Source of the DNA: Hypanus sabinus
Taxonomy: Eukaryota
Length of the DNA: 64,000 nt
Direction: 5' to 3'
Assembly (NCBI RefSeq): GCF_030144855.1
Contig: NC_082729.1
Span: 35,402,001 to 35,466,000, forward strand
A program made the position numbers and the translations under genes. The notes below the pieces were generated by a model that was given only the letters and a program-made list of their open reading frames with translations, searched no databases and was not told where the DNA came from. Shown here in pieces: positions 12,001 through 25,668 of this stretch. The number at the start of each line of letters is the position of its first letter. Within the stretch, counting starts at the first letter, position 1.

Positions 12001-14185
12001 TTTATCACCATGTATATAAAATTAACTCCTAGACTTAATTAATTGATTTTCAATCAAGGATGTTGAAAGTAAACTATGCTCCATTTGAAGTTCGACCCTT
12101 TTTTTTATATAAAGCTCCTGACTAGGAGCGATAGAGCATATCTTGTCAATTGCTTTAATCTTATCAACCAACATACAAATCTCTTTATTAATTTGTTTTT
12201 TTCAGACCAGCAGAATATGAGATAATCTGACCATGGATGTATGCTTTAAAAGTATCCCATAAAACCCCGCTGGAAATTTCATCTGTAGAGTTCGTTGAAA
12301 AGAAAGAAATCAATCTGTTCCTTAATAAAATTCATGAAGTCTGAGTCTTGTAGTAATACAGAATTGAATGACCATTGTCCAAAACTAGAAGGCGTATCCA
12401 TTAGTTTGATAGAGAGTTCCAGGGGCACATGGTCAGAGATGACAATGGAATCATAATTGCAGTCAGTAACAGAGGGAATTAAACAAGAGTTAATAAAAAG
12501 TAGTCAGTTCTATAATAACTATGATAAACATGGGAAAAGAATGAAAACTCTTTTTCCTTTGGATGCAAGAAGCTCCAAATTTCTGAAATTCCAAAATCAA
12601 GCATAAAGGAATTAATAAAGGTAGCCGATTTATTCTGAAGTGCCTGATTAGACTTAGATCTATCCATTGAAGGATTTAAACAGCATTTAAAATCTCCTCC
12701 TGTTATCAACATATAATCATTTAAATTAAGAAGGAATGTGAATAAGTGTTTAAAAAATTCAGGATAGTCAATATTCGGAGCATAGACATTAACCATCACC
12801 ACTTTTTTTATTACAGAGTAGGCCAGTGATTAATAAAAATCTACCATTCAGATCCAAAATAATGCTAATGAACAAATGAAATAGAAGAATCTATAAAAAC
12901 AGAAACTCCTTTCTCTTTAGCCTGGGAATTAGAATGGTATTGCCAATCCTAAAAGCCTAAAAGAAATGCTGATTATCCTCTTTCCCCACATGAGTTTCTT
13001 GTGCAAAAATAATATGGGCATTAATTCTGCAGAATACCTTGAAAAGTTTTTTTTCCATTTAATCGGATAATTTAAACCATTTGTATTCCACGAAACAAAA
13101 TTAATAACCTTATCCATCATAGTAAAACCAGTAATATGGTACGTAAAGGGCTAACCAGAATACAAACTCATGAACTCGGAAGCGGGAAAAAGGTTCAAAA
13201 AGGAACCGGAAGTTACAACATAGCGGACATTTTAGTAGTTTCGAATTAACCCAGGTGAAAAAATCTAATCTAAAAAGAGAGACCCCCTCTCCCCACCCAA
13301 AAAGGCCCAGAAAAAAAAGCCAGAGATTGGCCAAGAGATAAGCTAAAGCTAATTCTACCCCCGTCTCTCCTGATGACAGCCCAAAAGATAAAAGTTGTTA
13401 AGAAAAGCTACCCCTAATCCAAGAAATATACCACAAAAATGATCAAAAAATAGCAAGAAAAAAAATACACCATTTAAACCTTTTAGAAAAGGTTTAAATC
13501 ATAGAATAGAGTACTAAGATACTAGTATTTCAGAAAAAAGAGAAAACAAGCATCAGTTCGTATTATTGACCATTTCCATGCATAAACAATTGAAAGTTAT
13601 GCAGCAAAAAAATAAGGTCTTATGGGAAGAAGAAAGCAGAACATCTTTAAATGTAAAAAAAGAGAACGAATGTATCTCCATTCAAAAAACAAATCAAACC
13701 TCTACTAAATAGTTCAAAAAATTTAAAAAAAGCAGAATCCCAAAAAGGGAACAGAAAAGTTAAACTAGAAATACTAAAAATACCTACAGTACAAACTAAG
13801 AAAGAGAACCCTCAAACTCTAACTGACCCGATCGCTTAAAAAATTAAGTAAAAACCAGAAAAATCAGAACCCCAATTAGGCCGTAGCAGAGAAAGTTTGC
13901 TGGTCAAAAAATTTTTGAGCTTTTAATGTCTTGAAGAGACAACGGGAATTATCAGAGAGAATAATCCACAATCTGGTGGGAAAGAGCAGAGCTGGTTGAG
14001 ACATTCCAACATCAGAGGCTTAAATGCCATTCGTTCCTTCAGAATCTTGGGGCTAAAATCTTCAACAAAGCGGAATTTAAAACCTTTAAATTCAAACATG
14101 CCTTTTCGCCGAGCAAAGTGAATCAAACGTTCCTTGATATGAAGATAATGGAGACGAACAATTACTAGCCGTGGATGATCAGATC
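9010..14185 (-). mobile_element. Degenerate 5'-truncated L1-clade LINE (end of ORF1 plus ORF2) in WB intron 2
   Basis: Frameshifted fragments: ORF1 end (13923-14126), APE endonuclease (INFVSWNTNGL; VNVYAPN), RT (GKAPGPDG; SLDAEKAFDRIEW), C-terminal Cys-rich region. Confidence 0.92.
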
Positions 14186-14849
14186 AGTTCCCCCTCGTGT
14201 TACCCCTAAACTTTTGCCCCTTAACGCTCTTGTCCTCTTGTTTGAATCTCCCCTACTCTCAATGGAAAAAAACCTATCCACGTCAACTCTATCTATCCCC
14301 CTCATAATTTTAAATACCTCTATCAAGTCCCCCTTCAACCTTCTATGCTCCGAAGAATAAAGACTTAAGTTGTTCAACCTTTCTCTGTAACTCAGATGCT
14401 GAAACCCAGGTAACAGTCTAGTAAATCTCCTCTGTACTCTCTCTATTTTGTTGACATCTTTCCTATAATTTGGTGACCATTTTCTCAAACTTCTTCACCA
14501 CCATTTTCCATTCCAATTTCCCTCTCTCATCTCATCTCCTTACCTGCTTATCACCTCCCTCTGGTGTTCCTCCCCATTTTCTTTCTTCCATGGTATTCTG
14601 TCCTCTCCTATCAGATTTCCCCTTCTCCAGTCCTGTATCTCTTTCCCCAATCAACTTCCCAGCTCATCCCTCCCCCAACCCCGCCGGTTTCACCTATCAC
14701 CTTGTAAGTCTTCCTCCTCTCCCTCCACGTTTTTTCTCTGATGCCTCATCTTTTTTCCCAGTCCTGATGAAGGGTCTCGGCTCAAACCGTCGACTGTATT
14801 CTTTTCCCTAGATGCTGCCTGGCCTGCTCAGCTCCTCCAGCATTTTGAG

Positions 14850-15980
14850 TGTGTCATTTGTATCATGGGAGGATTTGCCACAACAATAATATTTTTGGCT
14901 TTTTGCACCATTCAGGGACATTTTATGCATTTCACATTCTAAACTCCTTCGCTGCAAACTCTAACGGTATTGCAATGGTCAATGCCCGTTCTGAGGCTAG
15001 GTCCCTTTCTGCCAGTAGCTTCATTTCGGTGCTTTGACTATGCATGCCACAGACAAACCTGTCCCTTAATGCGGCAGAAAGTCACGGTACTGGGAAAGTT
15101 TGTGCAGGTCTGCAATGTATTCAGAAAGGCTTTCATCTTTTAACTGGTTCCTTTTGTAAAATCTAAATCTCTCAGCTGTCACCAGTGGCTTAGGGCTCAA
15201 GAGATTTTGTAAAATTGTAATTTGGTCGAACATCTCGCTTGCTGGATTTGCTGGAGTTACTAAACCGCGTCACAGACCTTCATTAGCGCGATCAAATTCA
15301 TCATCTATCCCGGCTGAAGCCATCGTCGCGTTATTTTCACTTTAAATTCAGCGTGTCCTTCACCGCCACGCGTTTGTTAGCGTCTGTGTTTAACTCTCAC
15401 TGTTTCGTCCCTATTGGTGCAGTTCGGGATATTCTCTGACATTCAGGTACACGCGTGTCTGTGCATGTAGATTAAATGAAAGCACGCCCGCAGGAGGTAG
15501 TGTATTCACAATACAGCGGGGGTGGGGGAGCTCATTGGTCTAAAAGAAATAGATCCATGCATTACAGATCCCACTTGTCAGGAAAGTCGTTACCCCACAA
15601 CAGTAAGAAATCCCCCACAGAGATGAAATATTTAGGGCTGAATGCGGCAATTTAAAAATTGTATATAAAGTCTGTATAGTAATTGTATAATATAGTATAT
15701 GGTGTATGTCGTTGAGACGCACTTTATCTTGAGTTGCAGTATAGCTAAACAGGAAGTGTTTTGTATTTAACATTTTAGTAATACTTAAATATCTTGTATG
15801 TTTGATTAAGCATTCTTGTTCGTTTAAAAAATTCACTACGGTTAACGTACAAATACGTGCGATGCTTACGTCACACGCTACCACGTGATACGTGTTCTCC
15901 TTGCTTGAGGTTAAGTCTGAGTTAGATGCGCTTTTCGGGATCCTGTGAATTAGTTTAACGTTTCGAAGTTACAGAACATC
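14850..15980 (-). mobile_element. Ty3/Gypsy LTR retrotransposon relic (LTR-like segment + gag N-terminus)
   Basis: Minus strand reads LSPKPLVTAERFRFYKRNQLKDESLSEYIADLHKLSQ (~15090-15210). The segment 15740-15980 resembles 33635-33830. Confidence 0.65.
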
Positions 15981-18900
15981 CGATGTATAGGTGACTGAGA
16001 ATGGGATTAGTATAAACAGGGACTCGGTGGTCAGCACAGACTCACTGAAGACACACACTCAGCTTCTTCCTCTCGCCCGACAGATTTCTTAAAGCGTCAT
16101 GAACAAACACTACTTCCCTATTTTGCTCCCTTCTTTCATACTAATTACTTATTTTTAATATTCCTCTTTCAAGTCACTCAAGCATAAACATTAATACAGC
16201 CAAAGGAGATAACTACACCACATTTTACGTATTGCACCGCCCCGAAACAAGTCCCGGGACCCCGGCAATGAAAGGGTTAGTAAATGAGGAGCGTTTGGCG
16301 GCCCCCGGGCCTGTCTTTACCAAATATATGGGAAGGTCTGGATAGAGAGGACGTGGGGGAGCACGTTTCCAATAGTCAGACTGTCTAGGGTTAGAAAACA
16401 CGGCCGCACAGTAGGAGGACCGAGCTTCCGAACAGGGTTGAGAGGGGTAATAAATCAGCCATGACGGGATGGTGAAGCAGACTGGACGGGCCGAATGGCC
16501 TGGTTCTGTTCCGGTGAGCATATAATAAATCTGAACCATAAGGCCGGTTTCTGCGTCGTAGAACCCTAAAGGAGTTTTCTTCCAAAACTTGTTCCACAAT
16601 TCCACCATGGGAACCTCAAAACTCATCTTTCCCTGAATCACTTTGCCACACTGTGTTGTACAGCGCTGGAGTTCTGTGTACAGTTTTTTTTTTAATTAAA
16701 TAGATTAGCTTATTTATCACGTACATCAAAATGCATTTTGCCTCAAATCAAATAGTGGAGGAGCCTGCTGGAGCTGCCACTTTTCTGGTTCCCGCGTAAC
16801 GTGCCCACAACTCACTCGCCGTAACCCGCACACCTTTGGAGTGTGTGGGTGGGGGAGACCGGAGCACCCGGAGGAAACGCACGTGGTCATCAGGAGAGCG
16901 TACAAACTCTTTGCAGACAGCGGCGGGAATCGAACCGCGATCGCTGATTGCTGGCGCTCGAACTGCTAGGCTAACATGCCTGCCGGTTATTTAGCTGACA
17001 TGCAATTAAACTGGAAGGGGTGCAGGGAAGAAATGTGAGTATGCTGCCAGGACTCGAGGACAGGCTGGGCGGGCCAAGACTTCCTACCCTGCAAGGCAGG
17101 TAGGTACATGGAGCTTGGGGAAATAGAGGGCTACGCGGTAGGGGAATTCTGGGCGGCTTCTACAGTAGGTCACATGGTCGGCTCGACATTGTGGGCAGAG
17201 TGCCTATATGGTAATAGTCAGCCAGAGCAGTGCTTGAGGCTGTTACAGTAACAATATTCAAAATCAATTTATTATGAAAGTTCTAACTGTATATGTCACC
17301 CTGAGATTCCGAGTTTCACAAGAGCCTGCAGCGGATGGTGAGGTCAGCTGAGAAGATCATCGGGGTCTCTCTTCCCGCCATCACGGACATTTACACCACA
17401 CGCTGCATCTGCAAAGCGAACAGCATTATGAAGGACCCCACACACCCCTCATACAATCTCTTCTCCCTCCTGCCGTCTGGGAAAAGGCTCCGAAGCATTC
17501 GGGCTCTCCCGACCAGACTATGTAACAGTTTCTTCCCCCAAGCTATCAGACTCCTCAATACCCAGAGCCCGGACTGACACCTTACTGCCCTATTGTCCTG
17601 TTTATTATTCATTGTAATGTCTGCACTGTTTTTGTGCTCTTTATGCAGTCCTGGGTAGGTCTGTAGTCTAGTGTAGTTGTTGTGTGTCTTTCTTTTTTAC
17701 GTAGTTCAGTCTAGCTTTGTACTGTTTTATGTAACGCCATGGTCCGGAAAAATGTCTAATTTTTACTATGTACTGTACCAGCAGTTATGGTCAAAATGAC
17801 AATAAAAGTGACTTGTCTTGAGAAGACATTTAGATCAGTGCAAACCTCCAAGAAGTCCACAACCTTGCCTTTGGGTTTGTGGGTGTGCATGCCTCAATGA
17901 CACAGGGAGCTATGGTTGGCTGGAGTCAGGGCTTTATGCTTTGGGTCTGGGTGACACAACCACTGGATCAGCAGCACAGCAGATTCGGCATTTGTCCCGC
18001 GAATGTGCACGTGTCAGCTAATTATTATTTCATTGTGACGGTGTTTAACACCACCCTTTTGGTCATAGCGCATATCGAGTCTTGAGCAAAGCACAGCAAT
18101 GTTTAGCTGCCTTATCTTAGGGCCCCTCATCTTAGAAAAGATGTGCTGGCATTGGAGGGGCCCAGAGGAGGTTCACAAGGATGATTCCAGGAACGTTTGA
18201 TGGCTCTGGGTCTGTACTCGCTGGAATTCAGAAGGATGAGGGGGGAATTTCATTGAAACGTTTCAAATGTTGAAAGGCCTAGACAGAGTTGATGTGGAAA
18301 GGATGTTTCTCACGGTAGGAGAGTCTAGGACAAGAGGGCACAGCCTCAGGATAGATGGGCGCCCTTTCAAAACAGGTGGAGAGAAATTCCTTTAGGCCGA
18401 GGCTGGTGAATTTGTGGAATTTATTGCCAGATGCAGCTGTGGAGGCCAGGTCGTTGGGTGTATTTAAGGCAGAGATTGATAGTTTCTTGATTGGACATGG
18501 TGTCAAAGGTTACGGGGTTGAGGAGGAGTTAGAAAAAAGGACCAGTCATGATTGAATGGCGGAGCAGATTCGATGGGCCAGATCGCCTAATTCTGCTCCT
18601 ATGACTTACGGTTGTATGGACCCGCTTCAGTATCTCTCTCTCCCTCCCTGCACTTGGGCCGTATCCAACCATAGTGACATTTGGTAAGGTCACCAATGCT
18701 AAGCAGGTCAAAGGCTAGAGCCCAGACCATGACTGGTCCATTGGTCCTCCAGGTTTGGGAGTTCAACTCAGGGTTGACTGGTTAAACAAAACCATTAAGG
18801 AAACAGCGATGAAGAACGCTTCTGCGTCTGAGTGCGGCGGTGTTCCTGCGTCAGCGCCCAGGACTTGCATGACTGACAGCTGTGAAAACCGAGAGGGAGC

Positions 18901-20095
18901 TACTGACATGATGAAGGAAGCCTCGAACTCCAGAGATGAAGGACCAGCAGCAACAATGCCAGCGGCATAATGGACAGTAAGTCAGCTAACATATCAAAGT
19001 CTGCAGATGCTAGGAATACAAGGCCAAACTGAGCAACGTTTCAGGCCGAAATCCTTCTTCAGGTCTGAGAAGGAAGGGGGAAGATGACAGAATAAAAATG
19101 GTGGGGAGGGGGGAGTGGGATAAGAGGTTGGCTGGAAGGTGATAGGTGAGGCCAGGTGAGTGGGGAAAGGGCTGGAGAAGGAATCTAATAGGAGAGGTGA
19201 ATGAACAACAGGAGAGAGAGAGAAGGAGGAGGGGAAATAAGAGGGAGAATTGCTAGGCAGGTGAGAAGAAGTGAAAGGTCAGTGGGGAATAGAAAAGGGG
19301 ACGGGTAGAAATTTGTTCACCAGAAGGGGAAATCGATATTCATGGCATGAGGTTGGAGGTAACCCTGATGTTGTTCCTCCACCCTGAGGGTGACTTCACT
19401 TTGGTACAAGAGGAGGCCACGGACAGACACGTTGGAATCAGAATTGTTTGGCCACCGGGAAATCCCGCTGGTGGCGGATGGTGCGGAGGTACTCAGCAAA
19501 GCAGACCCCCAATTTACGGAGGGTCTCAGCAATGTCGAGGAGGCCCAGGCGCAGTAGAATGACCCCAGCAGATTCACAGGTGAGGTGTTGCCTCACCTGG
19601 TAGGACTGCTTGGGGCCCTGAATGGAGGTGTAAAGCTTTCGAGGAATAGGGACCAAAGGCTGCCAAGGGGGTCTAGCTTGATTTTGGCCCCGTAGTGGGT
19701 GGGGAAAGTTGGGTCGATGATCCTTTAGTGGTGCTGTGTTTGACCTATCTACTGATGTGAAGCTCGAAGACCAGCCATGCAGACGTGGTCCAGAGTTCAA
19801 GGTCCCGTCATTGGCAAGTCTGGATTTCGAGGCCTGGTGTTCAATGATTAGCGTGTCCTAGGGTCGAGGGTCGAAAGTCAAGGCCCGCCCGCAGGAGCCG
19901 AATCTGTGAGTCCGTTGGAGAGGTCAAAGCACGATGGTGTCCGGGTCCACTGGAGTATGATAGGCATGCTAACTTGGCAGGGGATTGTGTGGCAACCCTG
20001 GCGGGCTGCCCTCAGCACCCGCTGGGATGTATTGGTGGTTAACACGCACGAGGTGTTTTGACGTACGCGAGATCGTGAAATTTAAACTATCTTAC

Positions 20096-20368
20096 CCTTG
20101 TTTTCCAGGGTGGTGTTGCTTGATCTGATCGTCTGTTTGATCTCATCGCAGATGCTCTCTATTCGGTGAGGCACCAATGCAACAGAGTCGTGGTCCGCGT
20201 TCCGCCTGTCTACCCAAGCCTGCGCCAAGGGCTGGACTGCGACGTACCTCTTAATCTTCGTGTTGTAGTACAAGACAGTAAAACCATCATAGGCGTAACG
20301 CACACGTATGTCGTCCACTTCAAGGCCACGAAACAGGCACTCGCACTGGGCGTGAAAGAGGTGCGTAT
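20096..20368 (-). CDS. MHC-WB: WB exon 2, beta1 domain (D)THLFHAQCECLFRGLEVDDIRVRYAYDGFTVLYYNTKIKRYVAVQPLAQAWVDRRNADHDSVALVPHRIESICDEIKQTIRSSNTTLENK
   Basis: Acceptor tgcttctttcag|, donor AAGG|gtaaga, 273 nt, phase 1-1. Cys pair 63 aa apart (HLA C101-C164 spacing), class I alpha2-type YAYDG motif, NTT sequon. Confidence 0.9.
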
Positions 20369-20412
20369 CTGAAAGAAGCAATAACAACCCATTGTTAGAT
20401 GCTTTGCGTCTT

Positions 20413-20580
20413 CATTTTACCCAGAGGGTGGTCCTACATACACCACGAGATCATTTTACCCAAAGGGTGGTCCCACATACACCACGAGATCATTTTACCC
20501 AGAGGGTGGTCCCACATAAACCACGAGATCATTTTACCCAGAGGGTGGTTTGTACACACCAACAGGCACTATTTTACCCC
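20413..20580. repeat. 39-bp minisatellite, ~4 copies
   Basis: Unit CATTTTACCCAGAGGGTGGTCCCACATACACCACGAGAT; translates as repeated HFTQRVVPHTPRD. Confidence 0.9.
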
Positions 20581-20819
20581 GAGGATAGACCCACATATCC
20601 AACAGGCTGCAAGAGGAAGCCATTGAAGAAGGTACGTTAACAACATTTAAGGGGCACTTGGACAGGTCCGTGGATAGGAAAAGTTTGGAGAGATGAGCTT
20701 AAATGACAATTTTGGTCAGCCTGTATAAGATGGGCCAAAGGGCCTGTTTTGCTGCTGTAAGGACCCTATGTCCCTAATATTGTGGATCTGCCATGTGTTA
20801 GTATGTTGATTAAAATGAC

Positions 20820-21200
20820 TTTCTTTTTTAATTAGTGAAATACTTTGGAAACATTTAGAAATAAGCAGCATGCTATGATAGTGGCTAGTAAAATGCTGCT
20901 TTTTTTTAAACAAAACTACACAAAATACAAACATCAGGTATGTATAAGACCGTGAACAAGTTCAAATTAAAATAAGATTATTACTGTCTATCAAATAATC
21001 AATTCCCTGGGGTTCCACCGTTCCCAGAAATCCCCCACTGTACCCATGGAAGAGCAGTCTCTTCAGACGTTCAAACAGCGGCTGCAGCTTCTCACATTCC
21101 ATGTCAGCGTGACACACTGACTCCTGGCCACAGAATGGACAAGTGGACGTGGTGTTAGTGAACCAACTTGGACCTGCTGCATGGTACGGCTGGAGAAGGG
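20820..21200 (-). mobile_element. Tx1/L1-clade ORF2 3' fragment
   Basis: TCPFCGQESVCHADMECEKLQPLFERLK Cys/His motif in ORF 20962-21210. Confidence 0.7.
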
Positions 21201-24200
21201 AAAGGATCATGGGACGGGAGGCCTAGGGAGAAAGAAAGGTGGAGGGGAGCACCAGAGGGAGATGGAGAACTGGCAGAGTGATGGGCAGAGAGAAAAAATA
21301 ACTAAATATATCTGGGATGGGGTAAGAAGGGGAGGGGCATTAACGGAAGTTAGAGAAGTCAATGTTCATGCCATCAGGTTGGAGGCTACCCAGCTGGTAT
21401 ACAAGCTGTTGTTCCTCCAACCTGAGTGTGGCTTCATCTTGACGGTAGAGGAGGCCATGGATAGACATATCAGAATGAGAATGAGACGTGGAATTAAAAT
21501 GTGTGGCCACTGGAAGATCCTGCTTTCTCTGGCGGACAGAGCGCAGGTGTACAGCGAAACGGTCTCCCAGCCTGCGTCGGATCCTTTCCCTTCTCTAGTT
21601 CTATATCCCTTTCGCCAATCACCTTTCTGGCTCTCAGCTTCACCCCACCCCCTCCAGTCTTCTATCATTTCACATTTCCCCCTCCCCCTCCTACTTTCAA
21701 ATCTCTTACTATCTTCCCTTTCAGTTAGTCCTGACGAAGAGTCTCGGCCCGAATCAACAACAGCTCTTCTCCGTATAGATGCTGCCTGTCCTGCTGCGTT
21801 CCAGCAGCATTTTGTGTCTGTTCTATGAGTTGTCGGCGGGTTCTAGGGCCGGAACTCCGGGTGGGCAGGAGGAGCGATGTCCAACAACCCCAGGGTTCAC
21901 AAATCGATGGGACGAGAGTTCAGGGCTTAGTGTTCAGAGTCCCGTCACTGGCAAGTATGGAGTTCGAGGCCTGGCGTTTGGTGATTGGCAGACCCTATGG
22001 CTGATGCTGAGGATTGAGGCCCGGAGGGGGGGGGTCGAATTGGAACTCCAAATCCAGTGAGGTAGTCAAAAGCCCAATGTCCTCTCGTCCACATTGAATC
22101 CAAAGCTGGAGGCTGAAGAAGAGGGCCTGCCTTGGGGGTTGGAGGGAGGGACGAATGAGGCTTGTTTCGCTCCTGTTGTTTTGTAGCTGTGTGTGGCTCT
22201 GCCGAGCATTGTGGGTACACTATGTAGGCACCGGAACGCTGCCCCCCTCCCCCAGCAGACCCTCGTTTGTTAACACAAGTGACGCATTTCACTCGGTGTT
22301 TCAATATACGCGGGGTAGAGAAACATGAATCTTGCCATTTATCTTGTGTTTGAAGCAAATTCAAAGAATCAAAGTTTATTTATGATCAAAGTACGCATGC
22401 AATGTACAACCTTGAGGTTCGTCTTCCCCACAGACAGCCACGAAACAAAGAAAACTGTGCAAACCCCTTCACAGAAAGAACATCAACCTCCCCACAATAA
22501 AAAAAACAAATCATGTGAAGAGCAAAAAAAGAATGCGGAAAAGAGAATTTAAAACACAATCCCACAAAGTCAACACAGGAGCCCTGGTGATAAGATGACA
22601 ACAAGACAAGCCTAAAGTCATTTAATCTTCATCCAGCCCCTAGAAATGCTTGTAAGCGATTAGTTTTTAACTTTTCCTAGGATATGCTGATAGCAGCTAG
22701 CTGCTAAGTGGATCCTTAGCTGCGTCTGACAGCCGTCAGGTCTGTGCGTGACTCTGAGGTATGGCTGACATCAGTTAGCCTACCACTGACCCCAGCATTA
22801 GCGTAACTGTGGCTAGCTTCTGATTGGCCCCTGTGCTTGCGCCGATCGGGGCAGCGATTACTGCTCTTAGCTGCACCGGTGACGATAATCTCAAGGACGT
22901 CCCGGTGGGGAAGGGGTGCGGTCCAGGGTCCTGAACTGAGCTGCGGGGGCATATCAGCCTCTCATTAAGAAAGCAACATGAGTTTCCTCATCTCCTTCAA
23001 CCTCTCTTCTCAATCTCGCTTCCCACCAGTCCTTTGGCAGGCCATTAGACATAGGAGAAGAACTAAGCCATTCAGCCCATCAGGTTTGCTCTGCTATTTC
23101 TTCATGGTTGATTTATTCTCAAGCCTATTCTCCTGCCCTCTCCCCGTAAAGTTGGATGCCCTTCAAGAACCTATCCATCACTGCTCTAAATATTCTCAAT
23201 GACTTGGCTCCACAGCCGTCAGTGGCAATGAATTCCACGGATTCACCACCCTCTGGATAAAGAAATTCCTCCTCATCACTGTTCTGAAGAGATGGTCTTC
23301 TGTGTCCTCTGGTCCTTGACTCCCTCACTATAGGAAACATTTTTCAGTGCCACTAGGCCGAGGCATAAGACATGGGAGGAGAACTAGGCTATTGGGCCCA
23401 TTGAGTCTGCTCCACCATTCCATCATGGCCACACACCCAACACTGGGACAGTGCTCCCCCAGGCCTCCAGTCTCCACTGGACTCATAGACATTGGAGACA
23501 TCGGCACAATGGCCATGATAAACCAAAGTATTGAGTGCAGGAGATGGAATCTTATGTTGAAGTTGTATAAGGTGTTGGTGAGGCCTAATTTGGAGCATTG
23601 TGTGCAGTTTTGGTCACCTACCTACAGGAAAGATGTAAATAAGCTCAAACAAGTACAGAGGAAATTTACAAGCATGTTCGCAGGACTGGAGGACTGAGTT
23701 ATAAGAAAAGATGGAAAGGTCGAATAGGTTAGGAATGTTTTCCTTCGAACGTAGAAGACTGAGAGGAGGTTTGATAGAGGTATACAAAATTATGAGGGGC
23801 ACAGATAGGGTGAACACAAGCAGGTTTTTTTCCCCCTGAGATTGGGTGGGACTACAGCCAGAGGTCATGGGTTAAGGGCAAAAGGTGAAAAGTTAAAGGG
23901 GAACATGAGGTTGAACTTCTTCATTCAGAGGGTGGTGAGAGTGTGGAATGAGCTGCCAGCACAATTTCAACATTTAAGAGCAGTTTGGATAGATACATGA
24001 ATGGAAGGGCTTTAGTCCCAGTGCAAGTTTAAATGGTGTGGCATGGACTAGATGGGCCAAAGCGCCTGCTTGAGTGTTGTGCTTCTCTGTGGCTCTTAAA
24101 AGAGATAATGTGTGCAATACTGATCTTATTTAAGATGCGATGGAATGCAATCAGGGTGAGGAAAGTACATCTCCCACCCCTCCCCTCCCATCCTCATCAC

Positions 24201-25191
24201 ATTCTACAGGGGTTGTATTGAGAGCATCCTGAGCAGCTGCATCACTGCCTGGTTCGGAAATTGCACCATCATGGATCGCAAGACCCTGCAGCAGATAGTG
24301 AGGTCAGCTGAGAAGATCATCAGGGTCTCTCTTCCTGCCATCACGGACATTTATACCACACGTTGCATCCTCAAAGGAAACAGCATTATGAAGGACCCCA
24401 CTCACCCCTCATACAAACTCTTCTCCCTCCTGCCGCCTGGGAAAAGGCTCCAAAGCATTCAGGCTCTCCCGACCAGACTATGTAACAGTTTCTTCCCCCA
24501 AGCTATCAGACCCCTCAATACCCAGAGCCTGGACTGACACCTTACTGCCCTATTGTCTTGTTTATTATTTATTGTAATGCCTGCACTGTTTTGTGCACTG
24601 GGTAGGTCTGTAGTCTAGTCTAGGTTTTTTTCCTGTGTTGTTTTTTATGTAGTTCAGTCTAGTTTTTGTACTGTTTCATGTAACACCATGGTCCTGAAAA
24701 GCATTGTCTCAGTTTTACTGTGTACTGTACCAGCAGTTATGGTCAAAATGACAATAAAAAGTGACTTGACTTGACTTGATTCATCACATTCACAGTAGCA
24801 TTTTCTAAACAGTTATACTTATTTTTTTACATTACCCTGACAGGTTTAAAGACCTGTTTCATCTCCTCATATTTCAAGCTTTCTCCAAGCTATTCCCCAG
24901 TGTCACTTTTCGGAACTGATCTCAAAGCTTTCTACATTACGTCTTTTCAAAAAAAAAAGAGTAATATCTTGGCAGATGACCAGTCTCCAAGTTTTAATCT
25001 GCAGGTTGAGTCGGTGGTGAGGAAGGCAAATGCAATGTTTGCATTCATTTTGAGAGGACTAGGATATAAAAGCAAGGATGTGATCTTGAGGCTTCATAAA
25101 GCCCTGCTCACATTGCACTTGGGATATTGTGAGCTTCTTTTGGCCCCTTGTCTAAGATGGACTGTGCAGGCATTGGAAAGGTTCATGAGAA

Positions 25192-25334
25192 NNNNNNNNN
25201 NNNNNNNNNNNNNNNNNNNNNNNNNNNNNNNNNNNNNNNNNNNNNNNNNNNNNNNNNNNNNNNNNNNNNNNNNNNNNNNNNNNNNNNNNNNNNNNNNNNN
25301 NNNNNNNNNNNNNNNNNNNNNNNNNNNNNNNNNN
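25192..25334. other. Assembly gap (143 N) in WB intron 1
   Basis: Run of N. Confidence 1.
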
Positions 25335-25606
25335 GGTTATTCCTCTCTGCCAGACCTCAACGTTCAGAGTAAATTTATCATCAAACTACATCTACGTTGC
25401 CTGAGATTCATTTCCTTGCAGGCATTCACAGTCAAGCACAAAGGAACGAATGAAGAACTACACACAAGCCAAAAGACGGGCAAAGAAGACAAACTGCGCA
25501 AATGCAGAATAAAACAAATTGCAATCTAAAAAAGGAAATTAGAGGCTGCAGACTGCAGTGATAACACTTCAGAAGAAACAGTACATATCTATTCATATAC
25601 ATACAT

Positions 25607-25608
<2 letters not shown>

Positions 25609-25660
<52 letters not shown>

Positions 25661-25668
25661 AATATATA
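25609..25668. repeat. (CA)n followed by (TA)n microsatellite
   Basis: Direct reading. Confidence 0.95.

Noticed and set aside
7762-20387. Calling the minus-strand gene classical class II beta or a class I heavy chain
   Set aside because: It lacks the class II beta2 Trp (DGTF, not DWTF) and H81/N82. No class I alpha1 exon was found between leader and beta1, although a 143-bp gap there is unread and too short for a full domain exon.
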